Shown here one piece after another: positions 48,404-57,407 of a DNA stretch of 64,000 nt. How positions within the stretch are numbered: position 1 is the stretch's first letter; each line of letters begins with the position of its first letter. A model generated the notes under the pieces. It had not been told where the DNA came from. It worked only from the letters and a program-made list of their open reading frames with translations, and searched no databases. A program made the position numbers and the translations under genes. This stretch comes from Candidatus Wirthbacteria bacterium. GTDB taxonomy: Bacteria; Patescibacteriota; CG2-30-54-11. The stretch spans positions 16,096 to 80,095 of the forward strand of contig CAISZI010000047.1 in assembly GCA_903889905.1 (NCBI GenBank). Direction: 5' to 3'.

Positions 48404-49066
48404 ATGATTACCGTCGCCACCATCACTGCCGAACTGGTTCATCAGATGCCGTTTATCGAAGAAGGGCTTGAACAAAACCTGATCAACCTTTCGCAGCTCG
48501 CCCGCCAGTTGCAACCCAAAATCCAGCAACGCCTGCTCAAAGACGTCCAGCTTGGCGCCATCATGATGGCTCTCAAGCGCCTGGTACCGAGCTACAAGGC
48601 ACACTTTGGCGAACTGCAGGAAATCCTCGACCAGATGGGTGATATTGCCGTCAAATCGCATCTGGTGGGGTACACGTTCATGAATTCACCTACCCTCGCG
48701 CATCGCTTTGATGAACTCATAAGTCAGCGCAAGACCAACCCAAACCGGTTTCTCACGCTATCCCAAGGCATTTATGAAACGTCGCTCATCATCGACGCCG
48801 AATACGACAGCCAGATCACTAAGCTATTCAGGCAAGAAAAGGTGATTGTCCGCATTGCCAATATTTCCTCACTCACCATCAAACTGCCACCCAGCAATAT
48901 CCATATCCCGGGTGTTTACTACACCATCCTCAAGCTACTAGCCTGGCAAGGCATCAACCTCACCGACGTCGTCTCCACCGCCAATGAACTGACCATCCTC
49001 ATGGAGGACCAGTACATCGACAGGGCCTTTTCACTGCTCAAGAACCGGGCCAACAAACAACTCTGA
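48404..49066 (+). CDS. Putative amino-acid-sensing regulator with N-terminal helical HTH-like domain and C-terminal ACT-like domain
   Basis: INLSQLAR..AIMMALKR helical N-terminus; PGVYY.IL..LA..GIN...VVST..ELTI ACT-like end; no kinase motifs; divergent from lysC. Confidence 0.7.
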   Translation: MITVATITAELVHQMPFIEEGLEQNLINLSQLARQLQPKIQQRLLKDVQLGAIMMALKRLVPSYKAHFGELQEILDQMGDIAVKSHLVGYTFMNSPTLAHRFDELISQRKTNPNRFLTLSQGIYETSLIIDAEYDSQITKLFRQEKVIVRIANISSLTIKLPPSNIHIPGVYYTILKLLAWQGINLTDVVSTANELTILMEDQYIDRAFSLLKNRANKQL

Positions 49067-49096
49067 CCATCACCAGCATCATTCCTCGACAATCGC

Positions 49097-52000
49097 CTAT
49101 TTATTCCAGAACTCGTCACTATCGAGCAGTATCGCCGTTAGCTGCAGACGGTCCGTCCCCTGCTGCAACTGCCACACGAAGTAGTGTTCCCCTCCGCTAT
49201 CCGTACTGCGTTCCAATATCTGCTGATACTGTTCCTGCACATATTTGGCGTTGAATTCGTAGGAATAAAAGAAATCCCGGATCATGTCATGCTTGCTTTT
49301 GTAACCTAGCGATAATTGCGTCGTCCAATAAGATAGCCCACTCGCTTCCGCCGTCCGATTCATGAAATTCTTGTATAGCGCTGTGATAAACTGCGTATAC
49401 TCCTGTTTTAGATATTCCGGCGAATACGCAAAAGCTGCAATCAGATCTGTCTTGCTTAACCCATGCAGCATTTCGTCGGTCCAGAAATTGAGTCCCGCCG
49501 TATCCGCGTCACGGTTCATGAATTCATGGTAAATGCCACTTACGTAATGGCGGTAATACTCGTCTGTCCGGATAAAAACATCGATGATTTGTAACTTGCT
49601 CGACTTTCCACTTAACAATCGATTGTACCAGTAATGCAAACCCCCGGCTTCCACTTCCCGACCCAACGCCCGTGTATACATGCGTTTGACAAAGTTAAAG
49701 GCGCGATAGGAATATTCACTTACAATATTACTCACCGTAGCGACTGCCGAGCCTGTATTACCCGCTGCATCCTGGAAGGTGAAAGTGAAACTGGTGTTGG
49801 TGCTGAAGGTGTAAGTGCTGCTGTTGCTATTATTAGTAACTATTATCGCTTCACTTGGATTCAAGGTGGCGACAACCTGCATGGCTGGCTCCAATGTGGA
49901 AGAACTGATCGTGGCTGTAGGTGCAGTCCTGTCAATGCTGGCAATGGCGGCTGATTTCTGGTAGCTGCTGGACCCATTCTGGGCCCAGTAGCACATCGCC
50001 TTGCCGTTATCAGATTCTGAGGTAAACGTGGTACTGGCATAGGCTGCATACCCCGTTGACCCATCGCAGATATCGCTAGAATGTGCCAGTACTTTCATTG
50101 TCAGGGTCCCAATACTAGTATTGGCTGTTACTACCTTACTCTGGGCTGGATCGCTATTGGGATTTGTCACCGTGATAATGGGATTGGAAGTGTTGATTAT
50201 GAAGTTCGCATTGGTTGGTACTGAAGCTAAATTCCCGGCCGCATCATGCACCGTCGACAAACTCACGGTCGCCGTCCCGTCCACATAGGTCCCGACGTTC
50301 GCCGCATTTACCGTGTAGCCATAAGTCCAGTGCTGCCGGTCGCTGCCAACGGTCATGGTGGCGTTGCTGATATCCGTTGATCCAGGCTGATTGATCGATA
50401 TCGTGGGGCTATCGCTCGCATTCACATTCTCCGAATAGGTCGCTGTAATCGTCAGTATCCCCGCCCCAACAGGACTGGCTGGATTGTAATTTAAAGCAAC
50501 AATTGGGACGGTTGTGTCGACTGTATATGGAGACTGGGACTCGCTGCTTTGATTACCGGCGGTGTCGACAGCTTTAACGTAAAAAATATAGTTGCCTTCC
50601 CCGAGAGTTGTACCGACACTGTTAGTACCGCTAGTGCCACTGGCCATCGCCGTTCCTGTCGTGCGCCAAGAATAATGGTCAAGTCCAGAAACAGCGTCGG
50701 TCGAGGCCGTAAAGTTCCAGGTTTGACTGAGTTGATTTGTCGGCGCGGCCGGAGTTGGCGTTGGGGTACCTGGAGTGCTTGGTATAGAGGTATCTATCTT
50801 GGCTGTATTAGCTGAAGTGTAGATAGTCTGGTTGGTGGCGTTATCTGAAACTAGGTAGCGATATTGATAACAATTACCGGAAGCGACAGGAATAACTGCC
50901 ACGTCAGTCAGATTGGGGTACGCCCCATTGGTAACAATCGTTCCCCACGCACCGTAGCCGCCGCAAGTACCAGTGGATAAAGTGGCCGATCTTCTTTGAA
51001 CAGTTCGGGAAGCCGTATTAATACCTGAAATGGTATCAGTGCCATTGCCCACGGTTAAAACAACGGTGGTTGACGTGTGGTAGCCATCCGTACAATCAAT
51101 GGAGCCACCCGCTGGGGCGGTTTTGTCAACATTAGCGCCATTGGAAGTCACGGGTGTGGTATTGCAGTTGCCTAAAGCATCGCAAACATTGGGGGTAGCA
51201 ATGCAGGTTTGGGAGGTTCCTTCGGTATTTATCAAACAGGTAACAGGGGTACCGGAAGAAATCCCGCTGCCGCTACCATCAGTATACGTAAAGGTTGACG
51301 TGTAGTTTCCAGTGTACCAACCGGAGAAGGTGGTTTTTGAAGACAAGGTTGGCGCTGTAGTATCGTAAAAAGTGCTATCACTCGCCGTTCCTGATTCGAG
51401 ACTACCGGAATTTTTAAGCTTGGCGGTGATCGTCTTCGCACCGTCGGAAGCCGCGCACCCCGTGGCGCCACTAGTCAGATTAAAGGAAGAGATGGAATCC
51501 GAGTAAGCGATCCAGGATGACCAATGGGTACCACCATCACAAGAAAAAGCGACGTGGCTGGGAGACCCGGAGGAGACAATGGAGATTGTGGGGGTAGGGC
51601 TTTTGGTGTAGCCGACAGTGTCGGAAATAGTGATGGACGTTAAGTTCGGAGCTGGCGCTCCTGTACTGTAAACGACAGAATTATCCGAACTGGTTGAAGC
51701 CTCGTTGACATTGCCAGTAGCTCCTGTCGCCACCCCCGCTGTCAAAGCAGCAATCACAGTTCCTGAGCCAGTCATACCGGTCACGGCGATGTTGTAGGTG
51801 GTGCCGCTGCCGGTGACTGAAGCTGTCGTGGCTCCAGCCGTTCCAGTGAGAATGACGTCGCCGATGGCAAAGTCTGAGACCGCTTCGCTAAAGATGACTG
51901 TAAAGTTGATCGGGGAACTACTCGTGGGATCGACTTGGTCGGCCGCTTGATTAATAGTCACGGTGATATCAGGCTTCACTTTGACCGCAATGTCCCTCGT

Positions 52001-53959
52001 GAAACTGGGAACCGTGACCACTAAAGACCCAGAGTTGTGAACTTGACGCGAAGAGATAAGTATCCCGACCCAAGTGTCCCAAAACTCAACTTTGTAATTA
52101 CCGACTGCCAAGTTGCTGACGGTGAGATTGACGCCGGTCGAGTCCGAAGGAGTGGCGCTCGATTCAATGCTGCTCGTATTTTGCAGCCATACCAGAGCTT
52201 TATGGTTACTCCCGAATCCCACCGCATAAATACTGCCGTTATCTGTAGAAACGTTCGCCCTTGACTGAACCGCTGTCAAAGAACCAAAATCGATTTCAAA
52301 GTTTTCCGATGACACGTATGCCTGGACTGCCGCCAAACTTGGTAAGTTATTACCTGGATACTTGGGTAAAACATAGTAAGGCCAAATTGACAGCCCCCGC
52401 ATCATCGCCGCCCACTGGGCGTTGTGGTAACCAATCCCGCTGGTGTCAGCTTTGTCTGCGGTACCGGATCCGGTTAAATCCAGGCCCCATTCACCAATCA
52501 CCCATGGCATCGCGATGCGGCCGGTGATTGTTTCCGCAATACCTACCACACCACGCACATTGCGATTGACCTGATTGGTCATCTGAGGAAGCATATAAAC
52601 ATGTTGAGAGGCAACATTATAGGTTCCATCAACAAACGTGTTATTGGCAACGAGATTGAACGGACTGTTGCCCGTGATATATGCCTGAGGAGACCATTCG
52701 CTGGTACCAATTAAGTGCTGGTTGGGATCCAGACTGCGGATATAGGCGGCCATTTCGGCTGACCAGGATTTACAGGCTGCGATGACCTGATCACGATAAG
52801 TAGAACCACGACTATTACCAACACTTTCGAACACTCCATCCAGTTCAGATAACATTTCTATTGTTGAGATATTCGGCGAATATCCCCAACGGCTGACAAA
52901 ATATCGCAGTTCCTGCTTATAAAGTCGTTTGGCTTCGGAATTTGTAAAGAAAGCCAAAGTGTCTGTAGCCGGCCCGCCATTGGCAGCATTGTAGGGATTA
53001 TGATCCCAACCGTTGTCGCCAGTCATCGTTTCGTTGACAGCGGCACCATTAATAATATTAATATTATTGTAGATACCCAGGCTGGCACTCAGTTCAATCA
53101 GATTGTCCATCTGCTGAGCACTCATCTGATTGATACTGCTTAACCCCGAATATCCGGGGTAGACAGAATAAGTCAAGCTTTCTTTGTTGAGCCAGCGCAG
53201 AGCGGCATTGCGTGAAGAACCCATCAGATAGCTCGCCGTGTTCCCGCCCGCTGTGGCCAGTTGCCGGTAGGCATTTTCTTCCTGGCCAATCGATTGCCCG
53301 TTGAAGGTGAGTTGATAGTGATAAGAATCGCCAGCACGCATCGGTTCGTCACCCTTGGTGTAAGTGGGGGCGATATTCTGACCCAGTGGATAATAAAAGG
53401 ACCCGTTTTGAAAGGTCAAAAACTTACCCGAATTGCCGAAACCAATAAATCCCTTGCTGGTACTGGTGTTTACCTGAAAACTGGGAATGGCCGTGGTTAT
53501 GGTCTGATAGGAAGCGGTTATCACGCGCAAAGTTCCGGTGTACGGACCAACTTTCTGAGGAGCAAAACGGACTTTCCACACCCCCGTCCCGGGATTGGTA
53601 AAGTAGTTGTAGTTGCCAGAGCTGTAATGTAGAAAGGTCTCAGTGTAAGGAACATCATAAAAACCATAAACCGTCACGGAGCTACCAGTGGGTGGATTAA
53701 AGGTCACTTCAACAGAGATGCTACTGGGATCGTAAGGATTGGCAAAAGTTTGGTCAAGCGAAAAAGTTAATTCCACCTTGTCATCTTTGTTGACGGTATC
53801 ACTGTTGATTGTTAAACCCGATAGATGCAGTACCGGAAGCAAATTATAAGTTACCGAACTATCACTACTGGTCGCCGCGGCACAAAGCCTGGTCCCGCCA
53901 ACGACCAGAACGATCGTCAGCAGTGCATAAACCGGCAATCGAACCATCATTTTCTTCAT
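49097..53959 (-). CDS. Large secreted surface protein: DUF5060-like, GH5-like TIM barrel, Ig-like repeats, C-terminal DUF4214-like repeats
   Basis: Signal peptide; NPYDP and WKVRFAP; RYFVSRWGYSPNI..EMLSE and VIGEWG; many D.T.P Ig linkers; Y...L.R..D/E..GL.YW repeats; GGAGG SD. Confidence 0.8.
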   Translation of the reverse strand: MKKMMVRLPVYALLTIVLVVGGTRLCAAATSSDSSVTYNLLPVLHLSGLTINSDTVNKDDKVELTFSLDQTFANPYDPSSISVEVTFNPPTGSSVTVYGFYDVPYTETFLHYSSGNYNYFTNPGTGVWKVRFAPQKVGPYTGTLRVITASYQTITTAIPSFQVNTSTSKGFIGFGNSGKFLTFQNGSFYYPLGQNIAPTYTKGDEPMRAGDSYHYQLTFNGQSIGQEENAYRQLATAGGNTASYLMGSSRNAALRWLNKESLTYSVYPGYSGLSSINQMSAQQMDNLIELSASLGIYNNINIINGAAVNETMTGDNGWDHNPYNAANGGPATDTLAFFTNSEAKRLYKQELRYFVSRWGYSPNISTIEMLSELDGVFESVGNSRGSTYRDQVIAACKSWSAEMAAYIRSLDPNQHLIGTSEWSPQAYITGNSPFNLVANNTFVDGTYNVASQHVYMLPQMTNQVNRNVRGVVGIAETITGRIAMPWVIGEWGLDLTGSGTADKADTSGIGYHNAQWAAMMRGLSIWPYYVLPKYPGNNLPSLAAVQAYVSSENFEIDFGSLTAVQSRANVSTDNGSIYAVGFGSNHKALVWLQNTSSIESSATPSDSTGVNLTVSNLAVGNYKVEFWDTWVGILISSRQVHNSGSLVVTVPSFTRDIAVKVKPDITVTINQAADQVDPTSSSPINFTVIFSEAVSDFAIGDVILTGTAGATTASVTGSGTTYNIAVTGMTGSGTVIAALTAGVATGATGNVNEASTSSDNSVVYSTGAPAPNLTSITISDTVGYTKSPTPTISIVSSGSPSHVAFSCDGGTHWSSWIAYSDSISSFNLTSGATGCAASDGAKTITAKLKNSGSLESGTASDSTFYDTTAPTLSSKTTFSGWYTGNYTSTFTYTDGSGSGISSGTPVTCLINTEGTSQTCIATPNVCDALGNCNTTPVTSNGANVDKTAPAGGSIDCTDGYHTSTTVVLTVGNGTDTISGINTASRTVQRRSATLSTGTCGGYGAWGTIVTNGAYPNLTDVAVIPVASGNCYQYRYLVSDNATNQTIYTSANTAKIDTSIPSTPGTPTPTPAAPTNQLSQTWNFTASTDAVSGLDHYSWRTTGTAMASGTSGTNSVGTTLGEGNYIFYVKAVDTAGNQSSESQSPYTVDTTVPIVALNYNPASPVGAGILTITATYSENVNASDSPTISINQPGSTDISNATMTVGSDRQHWTYGYTVNAANVGTYVDGTATVSLSTVHDAAGNLASVPTNANFIINTSNPIITVTNPNSDPAQSKVVTANTSIGTLTMKVLAHSSDICDGSTGYAAYASTTFTSESDNGKAMCYWAQNGSSSYQKSAAIASIDRTAPTATISSSTLEPAMQVVATLNPSEAIIVTNNSNSSTYTFSTNTSFTFTFQDAAGNTGSAVATVSNIVSEYSYRAFNFVKRMYTRALGREVEAGGLHYWYNRLLSGKSSKLQIIDVFIRTDEYYRHYVSGIYHEFMNRDADTAGLNFWTDEMLHGLSKTDLIAAFAYSPEYLKQEYTQFITALYKNFMNRTAEASGLSYWTTQLSLGYKSKHDMIRDFFYSYEFNAKYVQEQYQQILERSTDSGGEHYFVWQLQQGTDRLQLTAILLDSDEFWNK

Positions 53960-53987
53960 GGTTCCTCCCGGCAAACCATGAAGAAAA
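53950..53987 (-). promoter_or_regulatory. Perfect 14-bp hairpin pairing the start codon of the surface protein gene, with the SD in the loop
   Basis: TTTTCTTCATGGTT-CCTCCCGGCA-AACCATGAAGAAAA on the plus strand. Confidence 0.55.
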
Positions 53988-54243
53988 AAGTTGAAAGCGA
54001 CAAAAATGGGAACCTGTTATTTCGCACATGATAAACTTGTAAAATATCAAATGGAAACCTGGTCAACTATATCACAATTTGATGAATTTTGCTCCATTAC
54101 CTGACAAAGGCACAGGCCTATTCCCTCTTCCTCCGGTTTAACCTTTAGCCTTCCTGTCCTTCGTAGTTGCTGCAGCGACGGAGGATCACCTAACGCCTTA
54201 AGCCTCCCAATCGGTAATCCCGACTAATTTCCTCCACAATTCA

Positions 54244-54287
54244 TCGTAAAATAATTGCGTTTACGAGTTCTGTTTATTTGCTATAAT
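54244..54287 (+). promoter_or_regulatory. Hydrogenase operon promoter (TGCTATAAT extended -10) with upstream TCGTAAA-N9-TTTACGA inverted repeat
   Basis: TATAAT at 54282-54287; inverted repeat 54244-54266 covers the -35 region. Confidence 0.55.
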
Positions 54288-54328
54288 ACTTTCGTTTGAG
54301 CATTTAACACCTAAACACAAGGCCCCAT

Positions 54329-54784
54329 ATGACCGACGTCAATGCCATTGACCAAATCATCGGCAAGCACGGCAACAAACAGGAAGCCATTATCCCGATT
54401 CTGCAGGACATCCAGGAACAACGCGGTTATCTGCCACGCGAGGACCTCGAGGAAGTTGCCCGCAAGACCGGTCTTTCGCTCAACAAAATCTACGGCGTGG
54501 CCACCTTTTATTCCCAGTTTTCCATGAAACCTCGCGGCCAATTCATCATCAGTGTCTGCACCGGCACCGCCTGCCACGTCAAGGGCAGCGATAAATTACT
54601 CGTCTACCTCGAACAAAAGCTAGGTATCAAAGCCGGCGAAGTGACTCAGGACGGCAAATTCGGCCTCGGCGACCTGCGCTGCATCGGTGCCTGCTCCCTG
54701 GCCCCGGCGATCATGATCAACTCCAAAGTCTACGGCAACATGACCAACGCCAAAATCGACGAAGTGCTCAAAACGCTCGAATAA
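54329..54784 (+). CDS. hydC: [FeFe]-hydrogenase NuoE-like [2Fe-2S] subunit (HydC/HndA type)
   Basis: GVATFY..F, CTGTACHVKG, CIGACSLAP. Confidence 0.88.
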   Translation: MTDVNAIDQIIGKHGNKQEAIIPILQDIQEQRGYLPREDLEEVARKTGLSLNKIYGVATFYSQFSMKPRGQFIISVCTGTACHVKGSDKLLVYLEQKLGIKAGEVTQDGKFGLGDLRCIGACSLAPAIMINSKVYGNMTNAKIDEVLKTLE

Positions 54785-54803
54785 TTCTTCTTTATTGACA
54801 TTT

Positions 54804-55582
54804 CCAGCATGAGCGACCCCAAAAACATAGCCAGCATATACAACGAATTTGGTGCTTACTACCACGACTCGCGTAAAAAATCATCCGGTAGACTGCACAA
54901 CGAGTTCATTGATATTCCCACCACCCTTTCGTTGTTACCCAAAGATCTACAGGGAATAACCATTTTGGATGCCGGTTGCGGTTCGGGCATTTATGCCAAC
55001 CTGCTGGCGGGCAAAGGGGCAAAAGTAACCGGACTGGATATCAGTGACAAAATGATCGAAATTGCCAGACGCGAAACACCACCAGAATTCAACATAGCGT
55101 ACCATGTCGGGAGTTTAGATGCACTTCCCTTCACAGCCGCATCCTTTGATATCATTATCTGTACCTATGTGCTGGAAAATGTTGAGGATATCAGCCAGGT
55201 CTTTAGACAATTTTATTCTGTCCTGAAACCCAAAGGAACCTGCATTTTTTCGGTCTCTCACCCACTGCGGGCCAACAGTCAGAAGATGGTCCAAGACGGT
55301 CAGGAAGTGTGGATCGTTGAGAATTACTTTGAAACAGGTGTCCGTGAGTCAGATTTCGGTGGTGGCATGTTTGTCCCCAAATACAAACGAACCATTCAAA
55401 ACTATGTCGATGCGCTTGCTTCCGCAAACTTCGTCATCGACAAACTGCTTGAGCCACAACCGGCCCCCGCGGGCAAGGAAGTAGATCAGCAGGGTTATGC
55501 CAAGGCTATGAGGCTTCCCCAGGTTTTGACCATGCGGTTAACAAAATAAACTTTTTAAATAGATAGGTGCCAGCATGAGCGA
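54804..55582 (+). repeat. 13-bp direct repeat CCAGCATGAGCGA at 54804-54816 and 55570-55582 flanking the methyltransferase
   Basis: Identical 13-mer spans the ATG of both the methyltransferase and hydB. Confidence 0.75.
54809..55549 (+). CDS. Class I SAM-dependent methyltransferase
   Basis: ILDAGCGSG, GLDIS..MI..A, LPF...SFD, LKPKG..IFSVSHP. Confidence 0.9.
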   Translation: MSDPKNIASIYNEFGAYYHDSRKKSSGRLHNEFIDIPTTLSLLPKDLQGITILDAGCGSGIYANLLAGKGAKVTGLDISDKMIEIARRETPPEFNIAYHVGSLDALPFTAASFDIIICTYVLENVEDISQVFRQFYSVLKPKGTCIFSVSHPLRANSQKMVQDGQEVWIVENYFETGVRESDFGGGMFVPKYKRTIQNYVDALASANFVIDKLLEPQPAPAGKEVDQQGYAKAMRLPQVLTMRLTK

Positions 55583-57380
55583 TTTACAAAACTTTTCCCT
55601 GTCCGCCGAAGAACGAAAGTTCAAGCGCGATACCAGCCTCACCCAGAACTACATCAAGGTCGGTGTTGCCACCTGTGGCATTGCATCTGGCGCCAACTAC
55701 ACTCTGGATAGCTTCAAAACCGAAACCGCAAGCCAGTGCGTTCAGGTTGACATTCTACCCACCGGTTGCGTGGGCAGCTGCCACGCCGAGCCCTGGGTCG
55801 AACTGCGCTGGAATGGCGAAAACTACTACTACCACAACCTCACCCAAGACCAGGTCCCCGCACTCGTCGCCAGCCTCAAAGACGGCAAACCCACCGACAA
55901 GAACTTATATGCCACCTCCGGCACTCTCTATCAGCAGCCTTATTTCCAAAAACAAATCAAACTGGTCAGCCGCAACTGCGGCGTCATCAATCCCGAATCG
56001 TTTGCTGACTACCTGCTGTTCGAAGGCTACCAAGGTCTGCAAAAAGCCCTGACCATGACCCAGGAACAAGTTATCGCCGTCGTCGCCGAATCCAAACTCA
56101 GAGGCCGTGGCGGCGCTGGTTTCCCGACGGCCACCAAGTGGTCTTTCATGCTCAAAAACGAAGAAAAAGAACGTTACCTGGTCTGCAATTTTGACGAAGG
56201 CGATCCCGGGGCCTTCATGAACCGTTCGTTGGTGGAGGGCGACCCCTTCCGTCTGATCGAAGGCATGACCATCGCCGCCTACGCCATGGGCGCCCAAAAA
56301 GGCTACATCTATGGCCGCGCCGAATATCCACTCGCCATCAAACGCCTGCAGATGGCCATCGAAACCGCCCGCGCCACCAATCTGCTCGGCACCAATATCC
56401 TCGGCAAAGGGTTTGACTTTGACATTGAAATCAAAAAGGGCGCCGGCGCCTTTGTCTGTGGCGAAGAAACCGCGTTGATGCAATCGATCGAAGGCAACCG
56501 CGGCATGCCCAGACCCCGTCCTCCGTTTCCCGCCCAAAAAGGCCTCTGGCACAAACCCACCACGATCAACAACGTCGAGACATTGTGCCATGTGGCCACC
56601 ATGTTCCAGTTTGGCACCGAGGATTACAAACGCCTGGGCAATGAAAAAACCGGCGGCACCAAAATGATTTGCCTCACCGGCGACATTCTCCGTACGGGCG
56701 TCATCGAAGTTCCCATTGCCATTTCGCTCAAAGACATCATTTTTGAAATTGCCGGTGGCAGCCCCAATGGTTTCAAAGCCGTGCAGCTCGGCGGCCCCAG
56801 CGGCGGTTGCGTCCCCATGGATGTGATCGACACCCCGCTCGACTACGAAGCCATCAACGCCCTTGGCGCCATCATGGGCTCCGGCGGCATGGTGGTGATT
56901 GACCAGACCAAAGACATGGTCAGCCTGGCGCTATTTTTCCTCAATTTCACCAAAGACGAATCCTGCGGCAAATGCACGCCCTGCCGCGAAGGCACCTTCC
57001 GCATGGCCGAAATCATCGAAAAAATCATGGATGGCAATGGCAAAGAAGAAGACATTACCAAACTGGAAACCCTCGCCAACGTCATCATAGACAGCGCTGC
57101 CTGCGGACTGGGGCAAACCGCTCCCAAACCAGTTTTGAGCACACTGCGCTATTTCCGCCACGAATGGGAAGAATATATCTCCGGCGTCCGCAACCGCAAC
57201 AAACAACCCACCTTTACCATCAACGACAAATGCATTGGCTGTACCAAATGTGCCCGTGTCTGCCCTGTGCCCTGCATCGCCGGCAAAGTCAAGGAATTAC
57301 ACGTCATCGACCAGGCCGCTTGCATCCATTGCGGCAGCTGCTTCCAAGTCTGCCCGGTCAAAGCCATTACCAAATCCTAA
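55575..57380 (+). CDS. hydB: [FeFe]-hydrogenase NuoF-like FMN/NADH subunit (HydB/HndC type)
   Basis: N-terminal thioredoxin-like 2Fe domain, GRGGAGFPT..KW, DEGDPGAF, CGEETAL, ESCGKCTPCREG, C-terminal 2x[4Fe-4S]. Confidence 0.92.
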   Translation: MSDLQNFSLSAEERKFKRDTSLTQNYIKVGVATCGIASGANYTLDSFKTETASQCVQVDILPTGCVGSCHAEPWVELRWNGENYYYHNLTQDQVPALVASLKDGKPTDKNLYATSGTLYQQPYFQKQIKLVSRNCGVINPESFADYLLFEGYQGLQKALTMTQEQVIAVVAESKLRGRGGAGFPTATKWSFMLKNEEKERYLVCNFDEGDPGAFMNRSLVEGDPFRLIEGMTIAAYAMGAQKGYIYGRAEYPLAIKRLQMAIETARATNLLGTNILGKGFDFDIEIKKGAGAFVCGEETALMQSIEGNRGMPRPRPPFPAQKGLWHKPTTINNVETLCHVATMFQFGTEDYKRLGNEKTGGTKMICLTGDILRTGVIEVPIAISLKDIIFEIAGGSPNGFKAVQLGGPSGGCVPMDVIDTPLDYEAINALGAIMGSGGMVVIDQTKDMVSLALFFLNFTKDESCGKCTPCREGTFRMAEIIEKIMDGNGKEEDITKLETLANVIIDSAACGLGQTAPKPVLSTLRYFRHEWEEYISGVRNRNKQPTFTINDKCIGCTKCARVCPVPCIAGKVKELHVIDQAACIHCGSCFQVCPVKAITKS

Positions 57381-57407
57381 CCTGAACATATAAAAACGGA
57401 GATATTC

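Noticed and set aside
48404-49066. Second aspartate kinase
   Set aside because: Lacks KFGG, GRGGSD and other kinase-domain motifs; only an ACT-like region is present
54060-54077. Rex-like box TGGTCAACTATATCACAA
   Set aside because: Three mismatches to consensus, about 200 bp from the hydrogenase promoter, no matching site at nifJ and no rex gene seen
54120-54210. Short hairpin (TCCTTCGTAG...CGGAGGA) with TAACC/TAGCC-like mini-repeats
   Set aside because: Probably a decayed repeat element, but too degenerate and single-copy here to support
54329-57380. Respiratory complex I nuoE/nuoF
   Set aside because: Followed by a protein with intact H-cluster motifs, and no membrane Nuo subunits are present
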